Virus record (IMG/VR): IMGVR_UViG_3300050020_000030
Span: 1-64,000 of that record
Source of the DNA: a virus
Length of the DNA: 64,000 bases
Strand: one strand, 5' to 3'
Shown here piece after piece: positions 44,152-54,762 of this stretch. The number at the start of each line of letters is the position of its first letter. Positions within the stretch are counted from its first letter, which is position 1. Made by a program: the position numbers and the translations under genes. The notes beneath the pieces are model-generated. The model saw nothing but the letters and a program-made list of their open reading frames with translations, did no database searches and was not told the DNA's origin.

Positions 44152-44517
44152 ATGACAGATATCTATCAGAAGACCGCGCTTACGGGAGGCAGATTCCAAG
44201 ACTCACAGGGAAATCCTCTGTCACTCGGATATCTAGTCTTCAAACTCAGCCATGATAGTAATGTAGCCGTATTCGGAAGTCCCACAGGAGAGCAGGTTGT
44301 CGCGGGCAGGAATACAAAGATGTATCTAAACATGAACGGTTCTTTGAACTCCGGATATTCTATCTGGGCAAATAATATATTGGCACCATCAGGTTCTTTT
44401 TACGGGGTGCGTGCATTTAACTCGTCGGGTTTAGAAGTGTGGAGTTCGCCTCAAATATTCCAGCTTACCTACGCTCCGACCCTAGACATCGGATCGGTTC
44501 AGCCCGTAACTCCCTAG
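44152..44517 (+). CDS. putative fibre-attachment beta-sandwich protein
   Basis: GGRFQDSQGNPL..IWAN..P.GSFY.V. Confidence 0.5.
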   Translation: MTDIYQKTALTGGRFQDSQGNPLSLGYLVFKLSHDSNVAVFGSPTGEQVVAGRNTKMYLNMNGSLNSGYSIWANNILAPSGSFYGVRAFNSSGLEVWSSPQIFQLTYAPTLDIGSVQPVTP

Positions 44518-44545
44518 CCTTGGGCCTCCGTTAACAGGAGATTGC

Positions 44546-44887
44546 ATGAACGAGTTTCTTAACGCCTTCTCGTATTTTTCAGATCACGTTCATATCGTGG
44601 GCTGGACATTCATCATAATCATCGCAATTAAAGTATCGTGGAAATTCTCTGCCTTCAAACTATACGTCGAGGGTCTGGTAGCTAAAGCTCAAGAGGTCGA
44701 GAATACAGTAGACCTTTTAGCCACTAATCATTTGCCCCATCTTCAGGCGGGGCTGGACGCAAATATCGAGTCTAATAAAGAGGTGGGAAGATCGGTAGAT
44801 AACCTGCGAACAGACCTTCTTGCGGAGCTTCGCGGTCTTAGGGGCGATATCCTGCAATATGCTTTGAATGACGCGAGGAAGAAATGA
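44546..44887 (+). CDS. single-TM coiled-coil protein (holin-like)
   Basis: TM then NHLPHLQ coiled coil; AGGAG RBS. Confidence 0.55.
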   Translation: MNEFLNAFSYFSDHVHIVGWTFIIIIAIKVSWKFSAFKLYVEGLVAKAQEVENTVDLLATNHLPHLQAGLDANIESNKEVGRSVDNLRTDLLAELRGLRGDILQYALNDARKK

Positions 44888-45309
44888 TTTTTGTCAGGCC
44901 AACCCGACCGGAAGACTCAGAGAAGTTTACTGAGTGGTATTCTAAGCACCCGAGTTTTGATCCAGATGTTATCCGTTTTCCGGAAACTTATACCCTCTGT
45001 GCGTACCGCGCTCCTAGATGTAAAGATGGTAACGGAAAAATTATTGGCTTTATGCCCGTCCAGAGTTTGAGTTTTGTTTCCTCTCAGGTTCTGGACTCTT
45101 TGATAATAAACCCCGAGGCTACTAACCTCGAAATTGCAGAAGCTATGAGAGAGCTAGTTAAACAAGCAATATTTTTAGGCCACCTAAAAGGCTGTGGGAT
45201 GGTTTACTTTGTGGGCGATCATCCAGAAACAAATAAGATAGCCGAAAAGATTTTTGAAAAAGTAGAGTACCCCGTATACAGGCTACGTCTCAAAGATTTG
45301 GAAGGATGA
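44884..45309 (+). CDS. GNAT-fold protein (T7 gp13/P22 gp14 position)
   Basis: VRPTRPED..GKIIGF..; directly before ejection genes. Confidence 0.6.
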   Translation: MIFVRPTRPEDSEKFTEWYSKHPSFDPDVIRFPETYTLCAYRAPRCKDGNGKIIGFMPVQSLSFVSSQVLDSLIINPEATNLEIAEAMRELVKQAIFLGHLKGCGMVYFVGDHPETNKIAEKIFEKVEYPVYRLRLKDLEG

Positions 45310-45310
45310 C

Positions 45311-46090
45311 ATGGGAAACGGCGCATCAAAGGGACAAACAGATATTGCAGCCAGCCAGAAGAACTTTGCTAGCTCTCTTCAGGCTGATTTTGGTACGGCT
45401 TTTGCGGGCCAGCAGAATATCCTTAATGGGCTTACCAAGTCCCTTACGAGTACTCTCGCGGGGGGTCCCAGCCAGTTCGGATTCTCTGAACCGGAGAATA
45501 CCGCTATGAAGACACTGGCTACCTCCGCTAATTCCCAAGCCTACCAAAACGCTAAGGCTGCGGCAGGAGAAGCGGCTGCTGCTGCGGGTGGGGGAGGAGC
45601 CGTTCTTCCTACGGGTTCTCAAGGACAGACCCAAGCAGACCTCGCTTTAAAAACCGCCCAGAACCAGAGTAACTCTTTACTGGGAATTCAGGAAGCCGGG
45701 TACAAGCAGGGTAATGCAAACTACAATGAAGCTGTTTCCGGACTTCAAGGAACTGCTAGTTTAGAGAATCCTAATGGTCTAGCCAGTAATGCAAACTCCG
45801 CAGGGAATGATGCTTTCAACTCTGCAACTACTATCCAGAAAACTAATGCTGCTGCCAGTCCTTGGGCGCAGGTTGGTGGTTTGGTAGGGTCTCTCGGGGG
45901 AGCAGCACTTAATGCCTTTGTCCCCGGAGCAGGAGCTTTGGGAAAAATATCTAATCCCATGTCTGGAACCTCTGCGGCTTCGTTAGGCGGGCTAGGAAAC
46001 GCTCCGGGTGGTAATATCAATATGTCTGGACTAGGAAGTTCTCCCGATCTGTCTATGTTCAATACCTCTTATAATGTTGGTCAGGGGTGA
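45311..46090 (+). CDS. small ejection (internal virion) protein
   Basis: G/A/S/Q-rich, C-terminal hydrophobic GGLVGSLGGAA segment. Confidence 0.7.
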   Translation: MGNGASKGQTDIAASQKNFASSLQADFGTAFAGQQNILNGLTKSLTSTLAGGPSQFGFSEPENTAMKTLATSANSQAYQNAKAAAGEAAAAAGGGGAVLPTGSQGQTQADLALKTAQNQSNSLLGIQEAGYKQGNANYNEAVSGLQGTASLENPNGLASNANSAGNDAFNSATTIQKTNAAASPWAQVGGLVGSLGGAALNAFVPGAGALGKISNPMSGTSAASLGGLGNAPGGNINMSGLGSSPDLSMFNTSYNVGQG

Positions 46091-46092
46091 TT

Positions 46093-46476
46093 ATGGTAAA
46101 CAAAATCGAAGCATTGGCTGACGCCCTCATGACCGTCCACGGGTACTTTAAACCCGACTCGGAGAGCTACAAACTTCGTAACCCCCTCATGCTACGCTCG
46201 TGGGGCCGAGCGGGTAAACACGAAGTTACTGAGGACGGAGTGCGTATATTCCCTAGCTTCCTCGGGGCGTATCGCGCCGGAATTTTCGATATTGAAAAAA
46301 AATTGAGCGGAGAGTCAAACTCGGGAATCCAGAAAACGGATAAACTGAAGAACCTCTTAGGAGTATACGGCGTAAACCAAGAAAAAGATATTCTCGTTGT
46401 GGTCTCCTTCTTGAGGAAGGCTTTGGGGGACCCCTCTATTTCTATCTCTACCCCGCTGTCCTATTTTGCAGTATAG
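46093..46476 (+). CDS. lysozyme-like fold virion protein, probably degenerate
   Basis: Resembles the A..EG...RNNPGN..F.S...G pattern but has VHG and RNPLM. Confidence 0.45.
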   Translation: MVNKIEALADALMTVHGYFKPDSESYKLRNPLMLRSWGRAGKHEVTEDGVRIFPSFLGAYRAGIFDIEKKLSGESNSGIQKTDKLKNLLGVYGVNQEKDILVVVSFLRKALGDPSISISTPLSYFAV

Positions 46477-46505
46477 TTCAATTTTGGAACTAAATTGACA
46501 TAAAC

Positions 46506-46534
46506 TTGACATATACGTAAAAATGTGTTATAAT
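46506..46534 (+). promoter_or_regulatory. sigma70-type promoter
   Basis: TTGACA-N17-TATAAT. Confidence 0.8.
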
Positions 46535-46549
46535 GTACTTGGAGTGAAA

Positions 46550-47251
46550 ATGGGATTCATGGATAGCTTATCGGGCCTTCACCCGGACGCTCAAAAATTC
46601 TTCTCCGAGCTAGGTCCCTCCAGCGGTCCTCAGTCTAAAGTAGATACTTCTTTTCCTCGGAACCAAAGTAAACCTACTGGGTACTCGGATGTTCTGAACG
46701 ATGTAGCCGAAACCTACCCTGCACTCGCGCCTCACGCCAAAAATGCAATCGTGTACGATGCCCCTCCCCCCGCAGAAAATGCTACCGCAAAGTATCCTAA
46801 AGGCTTAGAAACCTATCCTCCGTGGGAAGACTGGAACCCCCATCCCGGAAAGACTACGGTAGAACTTTACAAGTCCTTCCAAAGTAGAGCACAACTTCGG
46901 GATGTTCTGGCCGGGGACATGATCCATATAGCAGGGGCAATTCATCCGGAAACCGGAAAGCCTGTTGACCCCGTTTACTACGGACTTAAGCAGCAGGTAA
47001 AAAAGGCTAGGAGTTCCGAGCAGATTGCTATGGACTACAAAGCATATAAACAGGACCAGAAAGATGGGGAAGATCGTTCCTTTAGCAAATGGTTCAATGA
47101 TAGCCGATCTGAAGCGTATGTTAGGGGAAAACTATTTCCAGACGAAAAAGATGAGTGGAAACATGTCTACGAGAAAAATCCCAAACTAGCTAGCACCATA
47201 GACCGAATTGGAAGTTACCTACGAACAGGTAAAGACATAAAGGAAAAATAA
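46550..47251 (+). CDS. hypothetical protein in ejection cluster
   Basis: GGAG RBS before ATG 46550 (MGFMDSL). Confidence 0.65.
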   Translation: MGFMDSLSGLHPDAQKFFSELGPSSGPQSKVDTSFPRNQSKPTGYSDVLNDVAETYPALAPHAKNAIVYDAPPPAENATAKYPKGLETYPPWEDWNPHPGKTTVELYKSFQSRAQLRDVLAGDMIHIAGAIHPETGKPVDPVYYGLKQQVKKARSSEQIAMDYKAYKQDQKDGEDRSFSKWFNDSRSEAYVRGKLFPDEKDEWKHVYEKNPKLASTIDRIGSYLRTGKDIKEK

Positions 47252-49230
47252 TGGCTTTTCTTGATACCCTCGGACCCGACCCGGACGCTACCTCTAGTAT
47301 TCCTTCTCCGACAACCCCTGCTTCAGGAACTCCTCCGGTGGCGGGAATGTCTATGCCGGGTCAGCCTTTATCCTCACCAGCTACACCCCCTCCCGCCCAG
47401 CCTCAGTCAGAACAGGCTGCACAGGCACATAAGCACATCTGGGATAGCATCGGTAAAGGCGTAGATACTGAGTACAACATCGATCCGCAAACCGGAAAGA
47501 CGGTAGCTACCCAGACTCCTCAGAAGCCGGGGCAGTTCTTCAGGAACATTTTGGCGGCTGCGGCTACTGGAGCAGCGGGTATCGGCCCGAATCACGGAGA
47601 ACAGAACTTCGCACAAGGCTTGATGGCGGGCCTCGGCGGGGGCGTCATGGCCTCAAACAACCTTACCGACAAGCAGAACGCAGAGAAGCGTGCTCAGGCC
47701 CAGCAGGACTACCAGAACCAGCTTAAAGCACAGGAAGAGCAGCGGAAGACGAACGAGGAAACCCGTCAGGTAAAGCAATTCGACTACCAGCAGCAGATGG
47801 ATAAAATCATGCTGGCGAATGAAAAGATCAAAGCGGTCGGTCTCGCCCAGATCGCCCATCAGGGAGAATACGATAGAACTTTGGAGGGCCAAAGCGCGGG
47901 TGTGAATATGCTCATGGTTCATGACAAGGTTAAGGTAGACGCCTACGATAAGGCGGGAATGAAACCTATCGCCACCTATCGGGCGGACGAGCTTGTGGAC
48001 CCCAAAACTGGCGGGATGAGCGAGGAGTTCAAGAAGGCTCATCCGAATTATCTGGGGTACGATCAAGCGGTAATTGGCTCTGAGAAAGTCCCCGTCTTAG
48101 ACGCGGCGGGAAACCAAGCCAAGGATGCAAACGGTATCCTCCAGTACAGGAACGAGGCTGTGTACGCCCTGTATAACCCTCTCGCGGTAGTTACCGATGA
48201 TATGGTTAGTAATGCTAAGTCCAAGGGAGTTGATAAACAAAACCCCAATATGTTCAAAAAGATGGAAGCCATGAACAAGGCTTGGCATACAAACGGTTCC
48301 CCCGACCCGAACACAGTAAAAGCTGAGGACCCCGCGAACAAAGTGTTCACTGTTGGCTATCAGGATATGGGAAATTTCCTCGGGCAGATTCAGAAGTCCA
48401 CCGACCTCCAGAAGCAGCAGGACGACCACCTCGATAAAGTAGCTACTAGGCAGAGATCACAAGCCGAGGCTGCGGACTCCTGGACAAGAAATGCCCTTGC
48501 TAAGAGACAGGTCCTGAAGGAGGATCAGGCAGATCAGGCCAGTAAAGATTCTATCCTGCTTTTCGATAATCAGGGAAATATGAATGACATTGGCAAGAAA
48601 CTTTTAGATAGTACCAAGGACCCCAAGCTTACCGAGGCCCAGAGGAAGCAGGCTACTGAGAGACTCACTAACCTAGAGCAATACCAGACAATGAATAAAG
48701 AAGGCTTGGCGGAAAAACTAGACAAAGGTAAGACGTGGAATAAAGACCAGAACAAGTGGGAATATGCCGATGACTTCGACGTGTTTCACTCCATGCTTAC
48801 TAACTCCAGCAATAAGCTGAGTTCTCTCCAGAATGGTGGCAAAGCGGCCCCATTTTCCGGAGTCGGAGTCGGAGTAGCGTCTAAGCAGCCCTACATGGCT
48901 CAACTTCCTGAAATATCCGCACAGGCTTTTGATACAGTAACAAACGACGAAAAAGGGAATTTAGTCCCCACGGAGTCTGTGGCTTTAGATAACCTGAGAA
49001 AACTCGCGGCAACTCCGGGATTTAGCTCACACGGAGTAGATACAACTCAGGTAGCTAGACAGATTTCCGCTTTCTATAAGGGGAGAGCGCGGGAGACTCA
49101 GGCGGCAAAGGAAGAGGCACTAGCCACAGACGAAAAGGCAAAAGCGGATATCGAAGCTAGTCAGCCCCCCTCATTCTTTAATCCTAGATCGCTAACCGAT
49201 GAAGATGTTTCTCCCTATAATAAGAAGTAG
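47251..49230 (+). CDS. middle ejection (internal virion) protein
   Basis: Gly/Ala hydrophobic segment, Gln-rich coiled coils, gene position. Confidence 0.65.
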   Translation: MAFLDTLGPDPDATSSIPSPTTPASGTPPVAGMSMPGQPLSSPATPPPAQPQSEQAAQAHKHIWDSIGKGVDTEYNIDPQTGKTVATQTPQKPGQFFRNILAAAATGAAGIGPNHGEQNFAQGLMAGLGGGVMASNNLTDKQNAEKRAQAQQDYQNQLKAQEEQRKTNEETRQVKQFDYQQQMDKIMLANEKIKAVGLAQIAHQGEYDRTLEGQSAGVNMLMVHDKVKVDAYDKAGMKPIATYRADELVDPKTGGMSEEFKKAHPNYLGYDQAVIGSEKVPVLDAAGNQAKDANGILQYRNEAVYALYNPLAVVTDDMVSNAKSKGVDKQNPNMFKKMEAMNKAWHTNGSPDPNTVKAEDPANKVFTVGYQDMGNFLGQIQKSTDLQKQQDDHLDKVATRQRSQAEAADSWTRNALAKRQVLKEDQADQASKDSILLFDNQGNMNDIGKKLLDSTKDPKLTEAQRKQATERLTNLEQYQTMNKEGLAEKLDKGKTWNKDQNKWEYADDFDVFHSMLTNSSNKLSSLQNGGKAAPFSGVGVGVASKQPYMAQLPEISAQAFDTVTNDEKGNLVPTESVALDNLRKLAATPGFSSHGVDTTQVARQISAFYKGRARETQAAKEEALATDEKAKADIEASQPPSFFNPRSLTDEDVSPYNKK

Positions 49231-49235
49231 GAAAA

Positions 49236-52200
49236 ATGCCAGAAAACCCATTTACAAATCTATTATATCCCGGAGCACCGACTCCCGGAGAAAGTTCTCA
49301 AGGTACCACGCAGGGGGCGGGGGGAACTTCGTCTGGAAATCCCTTTACAAGTATGCTCTACGGGCGGGGTACTGGCGGTTCTGGGCAATCGTCCCCCGGC
49401 TCTCCGCTTTCCGGAATTAACCCGGAGTCTGGACACGACGAGTCTGACCGCTTCACTCAAGAAGACCCTAACGACAACTGGCTCCAAAAAGGCTGGTCTG
49501 CTCTAAACAAGCCGTTGAGTGAAACTATTGGAACATGGGTGACAGGGAAACCTTTTGGGCAATACCGTTCTGGGGCGGGCGGTCTAGAACGCGGAGCGGA
49601 GAAAGTTCTCTCCGGGATTACCTCCCCTCTCAGCTTACTGACTCTCGCTGCATTCGCACCAGCGAGCATTGGGGAATCCGTCGCCGGAACTGCTATCAAA
49701 GAAGGGCTGATGAGCGAAGTTGCTCCTCTCCTTGGCGAAGGTATGGACGCGGCTAAGGCCGGGAGTACAGTAGAAACCTACGCCAAAGCTTTGGGCGCGG
49801 CTAAGAAAGCCCTAGTAGCAAATACCAATATTGACGAAGCAGTAACCGCTGCTGGCATGGACCCGGCTCACTATACCAAGATTGGAGAATTCCTCCGGTC
49901 TCAGGGTCTCAAAGAAGACGATATGCTGGCCGAAGGTACTGTCCGGAGAGTGGCCGCGCAAGGACTTAAAAAGGCCGGGGTATCTGCTGCCGGTTCCGTG
50001 GCTATCGCTAAAGGCGCGGAAACTCTAGTTAACGCCGGATTTGCCTACCAGCAGATTCAGAGCGCCGTGTACTCTTTCCCCCGATTTACAGACCTAATGG
50101 AGCATGGACAATATGACGAGGCCGGGGAGTACCTTGTTACCGGTGGGGCGGGAGTTCTGTTTGGCGGACTAGGAGCAGCACACTCTCTTCACAGTTTGGA
50201 TACTCTGGTTCCCGGACTAAACGAAAAAGGGGAACTCCAGTATACCGAAGCTAACCGAAGTATGATGAATTTAGTCAAGGGCCGGGATGAAGAAATGGGC
50301 ACGGGAAATACCCGCGTAAATACCCAAGCTAGCAATCTGCACCGAGAAGCCTTTAAACTTGCCGGGATAGATATCCCCGAATCTTTACAGTACAAAGAGG
50401 TTCCTTCTGATTTTGCGGGGCAGGCTAAACAATTCTTTGAGTCCCTCGTAGGGTCGGTCGCCAAAGTCAAAAGTGATGTACTCCACAACTCCCCGGCCAA
50501 CGATCCGCGCTTACAGGCGTTTAGAAAGAAGATCAACTTTTCCATACAAGCCGGAGGGGATAGGAATTCTCTATTCCAGCAGGGAGATGCACTCGCACAC
50601 GCTATGGGTCCGGAGGCGGAAAACGCTTGGCACGCATTTACAAAAGACTATGTTAAGCCCGAAAGAACTGTAGAAAACATCATTGCTCGGCAAACAGAGG
50701 ACTTACAACTAGTCAAGAAACAGGTAGCCACCGGGCAAGAGAACATCAAGTCTCTTTCAGACTCTGTGGCCCGGAAGACTCTAGATCGGGATAGGGCGAA
50801 AAGCCCGGAAGCGAAGGCAGAACACCAAAAAGTTTTGGACGAGTTTCAAGACCAACTTTCGCAAGCTAGAGACACCCAAGAAGCCGCTCAGCAGAAGTTT
50901 GAAAGTCTCCGGAAGTGGGAAGGAAATCCTGATGAGGCTCTTAAGGCCCATCACCAAGACCTAGTACACCAGTTCTACGAAGCAAGGGAGCACCAGCCTT
51001 CTACCGAACCTTCTCCGGAAAATGGAACTGCCCTAGACGAGTTTAACCGCCGCGCTAATCTGATGGGTCGCGTAGGACGAGATGCCCAGATTATTCAGGA
51101 AGCCCACCCCGAATGGTTCAAAAATCAAGAACCTGTCGTTTCTTACCCAGAAAAAGGAACTGAAGGTAAAGTACCAACCTCCGAAGAGCAGACGGCGGAA
51201 GTAAGGCCAGAAGCTAAGTTACAGACTGTCCTCCCCGAAGACCTCGAAGGCTTTCAAGGAAGCAAGAACGCTACGTGGGAACAAGGCCCCCGCCATCCCG
51301 ATCTTCCTGATGACCTCGAAGAACGCGTGGAAAAAGCCAAACCCAAGTTTCAAGAGATGGCTAGGAAAACTCCGAAGGAGTACCAGCACCGCCTAGATAT
51401 CCTCAAGGGGTACGCTGATGCTGCGCGTGGACTCTCCCCGGAAGAACAGGCTTTCGCAGACAAGATCAAGGAAATGGATTTTGAAACCTGGGCTGCTGGA
51501 AGCAATAATAACCTCCTCAAAGGCTTCATAGAGAACCATCTTTACCGCGACTGGAGTAAGGACTCCGGGGTAGGAAATGAACTCCTCGCACAGTCCCGTG
51601 CAGGAAACTTTGCTACTAATGTTATTCAGGCCCGCCATCGTACATTCCAAACCCCGCTAGAGGGTTTTCTCAAAACCAAGAGGATGACGAACTACGACCC
51701 AGTTGAGATGGTTCGCAAGAACGCAAACTGGATTGTAGATGCTGCGGCGAATAGAAAAGTTGTCCATTCCCTCTTGAAGTCCGGACTCACCAACTCTAGG
51801 GGTATGCCCCTGTTTTTACTGAAGGGTTCCGGTAATGTGGCAGAGGGTGTGGATGGAAAACCGTCCGCTGCTATGGTTAACCCCGACAAGGTAATGCCTA
51901 CGGATATTACTCCAGAACAAAAAGCCCGCATGTACGCCAACGGGCAATGGGAGGCTTTACTCGCCACTAGGGAAGTTATAGATCGTACACCTTATGTATC
52001 TCTAGATAACATACCAGAGTGGATCAATTCTGTCAAGAAGAAAATCGCAAAGCTAGAACAAACTAATCCTCTCCTCGGAAATGGGATGACGGAAGCAGCC
52101 CGCCATAAAGCTAGCTGGGAAGAGATAGGAACTTTTGTCAAGGATAGAGCGGCTCGGTCTGCCCAGTATATCCGCGCCACTCTGAAAGCAGCGAAAGCTG

Positions 52201-54467
52201 ATGGCGGTCGAACTTCTACGGACGTTCCTTCCGATATCGCAGTAACTCCCTACATAACCAAGATACTCCACTCGGGGGGAGTCCTGTCCGATAGAGATAT
52301 TCTTCGGGCGAGTCAGCACGCAGATAAACTTGAAACTCAGGCAGAAGGCGCAAGTAGTTCTGCTCACTGGAGGAATCCTAAAGAAGGAGTTATCCGTGCT
52401 CCGGAAGTCGGGGAACTCCTGCGTATGAACAAAAAATTCATCCCCCCCGAACTCCAGAAGTACCTGGATGAACAACACGACAAATTTGCCTACGATAAAG
52501 ACGGTAAGCCTATTCGTACCGCCGATGGTAACTGGGATACCAAGGGTTTAACCAAAGCTATGCAGGCCGTCGAGCACGCCGCGAATAGCGGGGAGTACCC
52601 TCAACTACAGCTAGACCTCAAGGACTTAAGTGAAATTCATGAGAAATACTCCTCAGTAAATCCAATCTCCCAAGCGAATGCTCGACCCGAGGCGGAAAAA
52701 CTTCTTTCGGATATAAACTCTCGCCAGCCCGGAAAATTTCAGTTCGCCCCCAAGCCCGGAGACTATCAGGAGATCGACCACCCTGCATTCCAAAACTGGA
52801 ACTTCATGACCTCTACCCCAGACGGTACCTCAGTACTAGCTAAAACAGGGGTAATGGTAGACAAGAGTATCCATAATTATATTGTAAACAGACTGGGGTT
52901 AGAAACCTCGGCTCTCCGGAAAACGGAAGGGATCGGTAAGCTAACTGCTCCTATCCTCAAGGGCGGGGCTGAAGCTAAATCCCTGCTGTTGAGCGGCTCA
53001 CCTTTCCACGTCATCCAGGAAATGATTCGCGGACTTATGCTGGGGATTAACCCCCTGATCCGTCCTAATCCGGTAGCTGATCTTACTGCAAAGTTCAATA
53101 CAGTACGGGGGGAAAAAGCCCTCTATCAGCTTGGAGTTAGAAACGGTCTAACTATCGGAGGTTCCCACGAAGGCTCGCTATTTTCTGAGGGACTGGCTTC
53201 ACCCTCAAAGCTCGTAGCTAAGATTCCGGTCTGGGGTCCGATCTCGGATGAAATCCATTCGATGTTATTTGATCGATACATTCCTGCACTTAAAGCTTCT
53301 GCTTTCAAGAAGATGTTCGATAAGTACGCTACGGCTCACCCAGACTGGGAAGACGACGCCGTAGCAGAGCACGCGGCTAAACACGTCAACAACGCTTTCG
53401 GTGGGCAGAACTGGAAGGAGATGGGCCGGTCAGCTACCACACAAGACTGGTTCAATCTTGTATCTCTCGCACCTGACTGGCTGGAATCTGAAATGAGATT
53501 CGCGGCTAGCACAATGAACAATGCAGGACTAGGTGCCGGTAAGTACAGAGAAGAAGAAGGCAAGAACTTCTCCCGCCAGCAGGTAGCTGTTATGGCGGCG
53601 GGAACCTACATGATGGCCCGCGTCCTGAATGGTCTGTACTCCGGAGACCCTCATTTTGAAACACCGTTCGGGCTAGCCACTAAGGATAAGGACGGAAAAA
53701 CGATAGAGTTCGGAGTAAGGACTTTACCGGGGGATATCCTGCACATGGCGAGCGATCCTAAAGGATTCCTCACCGGACGCGAAAGTCCCTTTGTCCGCAC
53801 TGCCCAAGAACTTGTTACCGGACGAAACCAGTTCGGTCAGAAGCTCACGGACGGTGAAAAGTTTGCTGATGTGGTTTCCCAGTTCTCGCCAATCGGTTTC
53901 CAGAATGTAATGAAAACTGTCACAGGCACAACCACAGGAACCGACGTTGGTACCCCCGCTCAGATAGCAAAATCCTCCGGCGCAACCGCCTCGGTCTACA
54001 GGTCTCCTGCGCAAAAGTTGGCCGCTAACCTAGCCGCCGAGAGAAGCGAGGAAGGCGCAATGTCTCCACAAAAGGTAGCAAAGCATCGTGTCATTCTTAA
54101 GCTTGAGGAGGATATCAAGGCGGGCAGGCTCACCGGGCAAGGTCTTCAGGACATGGCGGATAGCGGACAGTTAGATCAAGACTCGGTAAAGAACATCCTC
54201 AAGGTCGTAAAGGAGACCGCAGGACTGGACCCAGAAAACACTCGACTATACTCCCGCGTTTCTAGACTCGATGCTCAAGGGGCTATGGATGTGCTTAAGG
54301 ACGCTAACTCTTCTGAACGGCAGATTCTCCTACCCCTGGTGGAGAAAAAAGTGAAGGCTTATTTGAAAAAGAGTAGAACCGGGTCGGTTCCAACAGAAAG
54401 AATGTCAGACCCTACTTTTCTTGAGGCTCGGAAAATGTTCCCACAAACAGTTGAAGCCCCTGATTAA
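49236..54467 (+). CDS. large ejection (internal virion) protein
   Basis: 1743 aa helical protein ending the late operon; A.HVNNAFGG..LAPDW, ELVTGRNQFGQ motifs. Confidence 0.7.
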   Translation: MPENPFTNLLYPGAPTPGESSQGTTQGAGGTSSGNPFTSMLYGRGTGGSGQSSPGSPLSGINPESGHDESDRFTQEDPNDNWLQKGWSALNKPLSETIGTWVTGKPFGQYRSGAGGLERGAEKVLSGITSPLSLLTLAAFAPASIGESVAGTAIKEGLMSEVAPLLGEGMDAAKAGSTVETYAKALGAAKKALVANTNIDEAVTAAGMDPAHYTKIGEFLRSQGLKEDDMLAEGTVRRVAAQGLKKAGVSAAGSVAIAKGAETLVNAGFAYQQIQSAVYSFPRFTDLMEHGQYDEAGEYLVTGGAGVLFGGLGAAHSLHSLDTLVPGLNEKGELQYTEANRSMMNLVKGRDEEMGTGNTRVNTQASNLHREAFKLAGIDIPESLQYKEVPSDFAGQAKQFFESLVGSVAKVKSDVLHNSPANDPRLQAFRKKINFSIQAGGDRNSLFQQGDALAHAMGPEAENAWHAFTKDYVKPERTVENIIARQTEDLQLVKKQVATGQENIKSLSDSVARKTLDRDRAKSPEAKAEHQKVLDEFQDQLSQARDTQEAAQQKFESLRKWEGNPDEALKAHHQDLVHQFYEAREHQPSTEPSPENGTALDEFNRRANLMGRVGRDAQIIQEAHPEWFKNQEPVVSYPEKGTEGKVPTSEEQTAEVRPEAKLQTVLPEDLEGFQGSKNATWEQGPRHPDLPDDLEERVEKAKPKFQEMARKTPKEYQHRLDILKGYADAARGLSPEEQAFADKIKEMDFETWAAGSNNNLLKGFIENHLYRDWSKDSGVGNELLAQSRAGNFATNVIQARHRTFQTPLEGFLKTKRMTNYDPVEMVRKNANWIVDAAANRKVVHSLLKSGLTNSRGMPLFLLKGSGNVAEGVDGKPSAAMVNPDKVMPTDITPEQKARMYANGQWEALLATREVIDRTPYVSLDNIPEWINSVKKKIAKLEQTNPLLGNGMTEAARHKASWEEIGTFVKDRAARSAQYIRATLKAAKADGGRTSTDVPSDIAVTPYITKILHSGGVLSDRDILRASQHADKLETQAEGASSSAHWRNPKEGVIRAPEVGELLRMNKKFIPPELQKYLDEQHDKFAYDKDGKPIRTADGNWDTKGLTKAMQAVEHAANSGEYPQLQLDLKDLSEIHEKYSSVNPISQANARPEAEKLLSDINSRQPGKFQFAPKPGDYQEIDHPAFQNWNFMTSTPDGTSVLAKTGVMVDKSIHNYIVNRLGLETSALRKTEGIGKLTAPILKGGAEAKSLLLSGSPFHVIQEMIRGLMLGINPLIRPNPVADLTAKFNTVRGEKALYQLGVRNGLTIGGSHEGSLFSEGLASPSKLVAKIPVWGPISDEIHSMLFDRYIPALKASAFKKMFDKYATAHPDWEDDAVAEHAAKHVNNAFGGQNWKEMGRSATTQDWFNLVSLAPDWLESEMRFAASTMNNAGLGAGKYREEEGKNFSRQQVAVMAAGTYMMARVLNGLYSGDPHFETPFGLATKDKDGKTIEFGVRTLPGDILHMASDPKGFLTGRESPFVRTAQELVTGRNQFGQKLTDGEKFADVVSQFSPIGFQNVMKTVTGTTTGTDVGTPAQIAKSSGATASVYRSPAQKLAANLAAERSEEGAMSPQKVAKHRVILKLEEDIKAGRLTGQGLQDMADSGQLDQDSVKNILKVVKETAGLDPENTRLYSRVSRLDAQGAMDVLKDANSSERQILLPLVEKKVKAYLKKSRTGSVPTERMSDPTFLEARKMFPQTVEAPD

Positions 54468-54528
54468 GGAGGCTTCATACTTATTAGATGTAACAGAACT
54501 CAAAAGGATTCAAAAAGTTTTCAAAATA

Positions 54529-54555
54529 AAAGCCCACCCCTAAAAGGTGGGCTTT
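54529..54555. terminator. bidirectional intrinsic terminator
   Basis: AAAGCCCACC/GGTGGGCTTT between convergent arms. Confidence 0.8.
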
Positions 54556-54610
54556 GTTCTGGTCTCGCTCTCGGTGGTCTGGGAAAGTTAAGAATTCTTT
54601 CGGCCAAAAC

Positions 54611-54679
54611 TCAAGGGTACTCCGCTTTCTTTCTGGTATCAATATAGATTATTCTACTGTGCCTTGCGGGTGAGTGCAT
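54611..54679 (-). CDS. 22-aa peptide
   Basis: AGGAG RBS; upstream candidate promoter motif. Confidence 0.35.
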   Translation of the reverse strand: MHSPARHSRIIYIDTRKKAEYP

Positions 54680-54762
54680 GTTTTTCTCCTATACCCTATT
54701 AGATGTAGGTTAGGAGAAAAGGTATACTTGCAGTTCAAAAAATGAGTAATAAAAGTAGTAGT

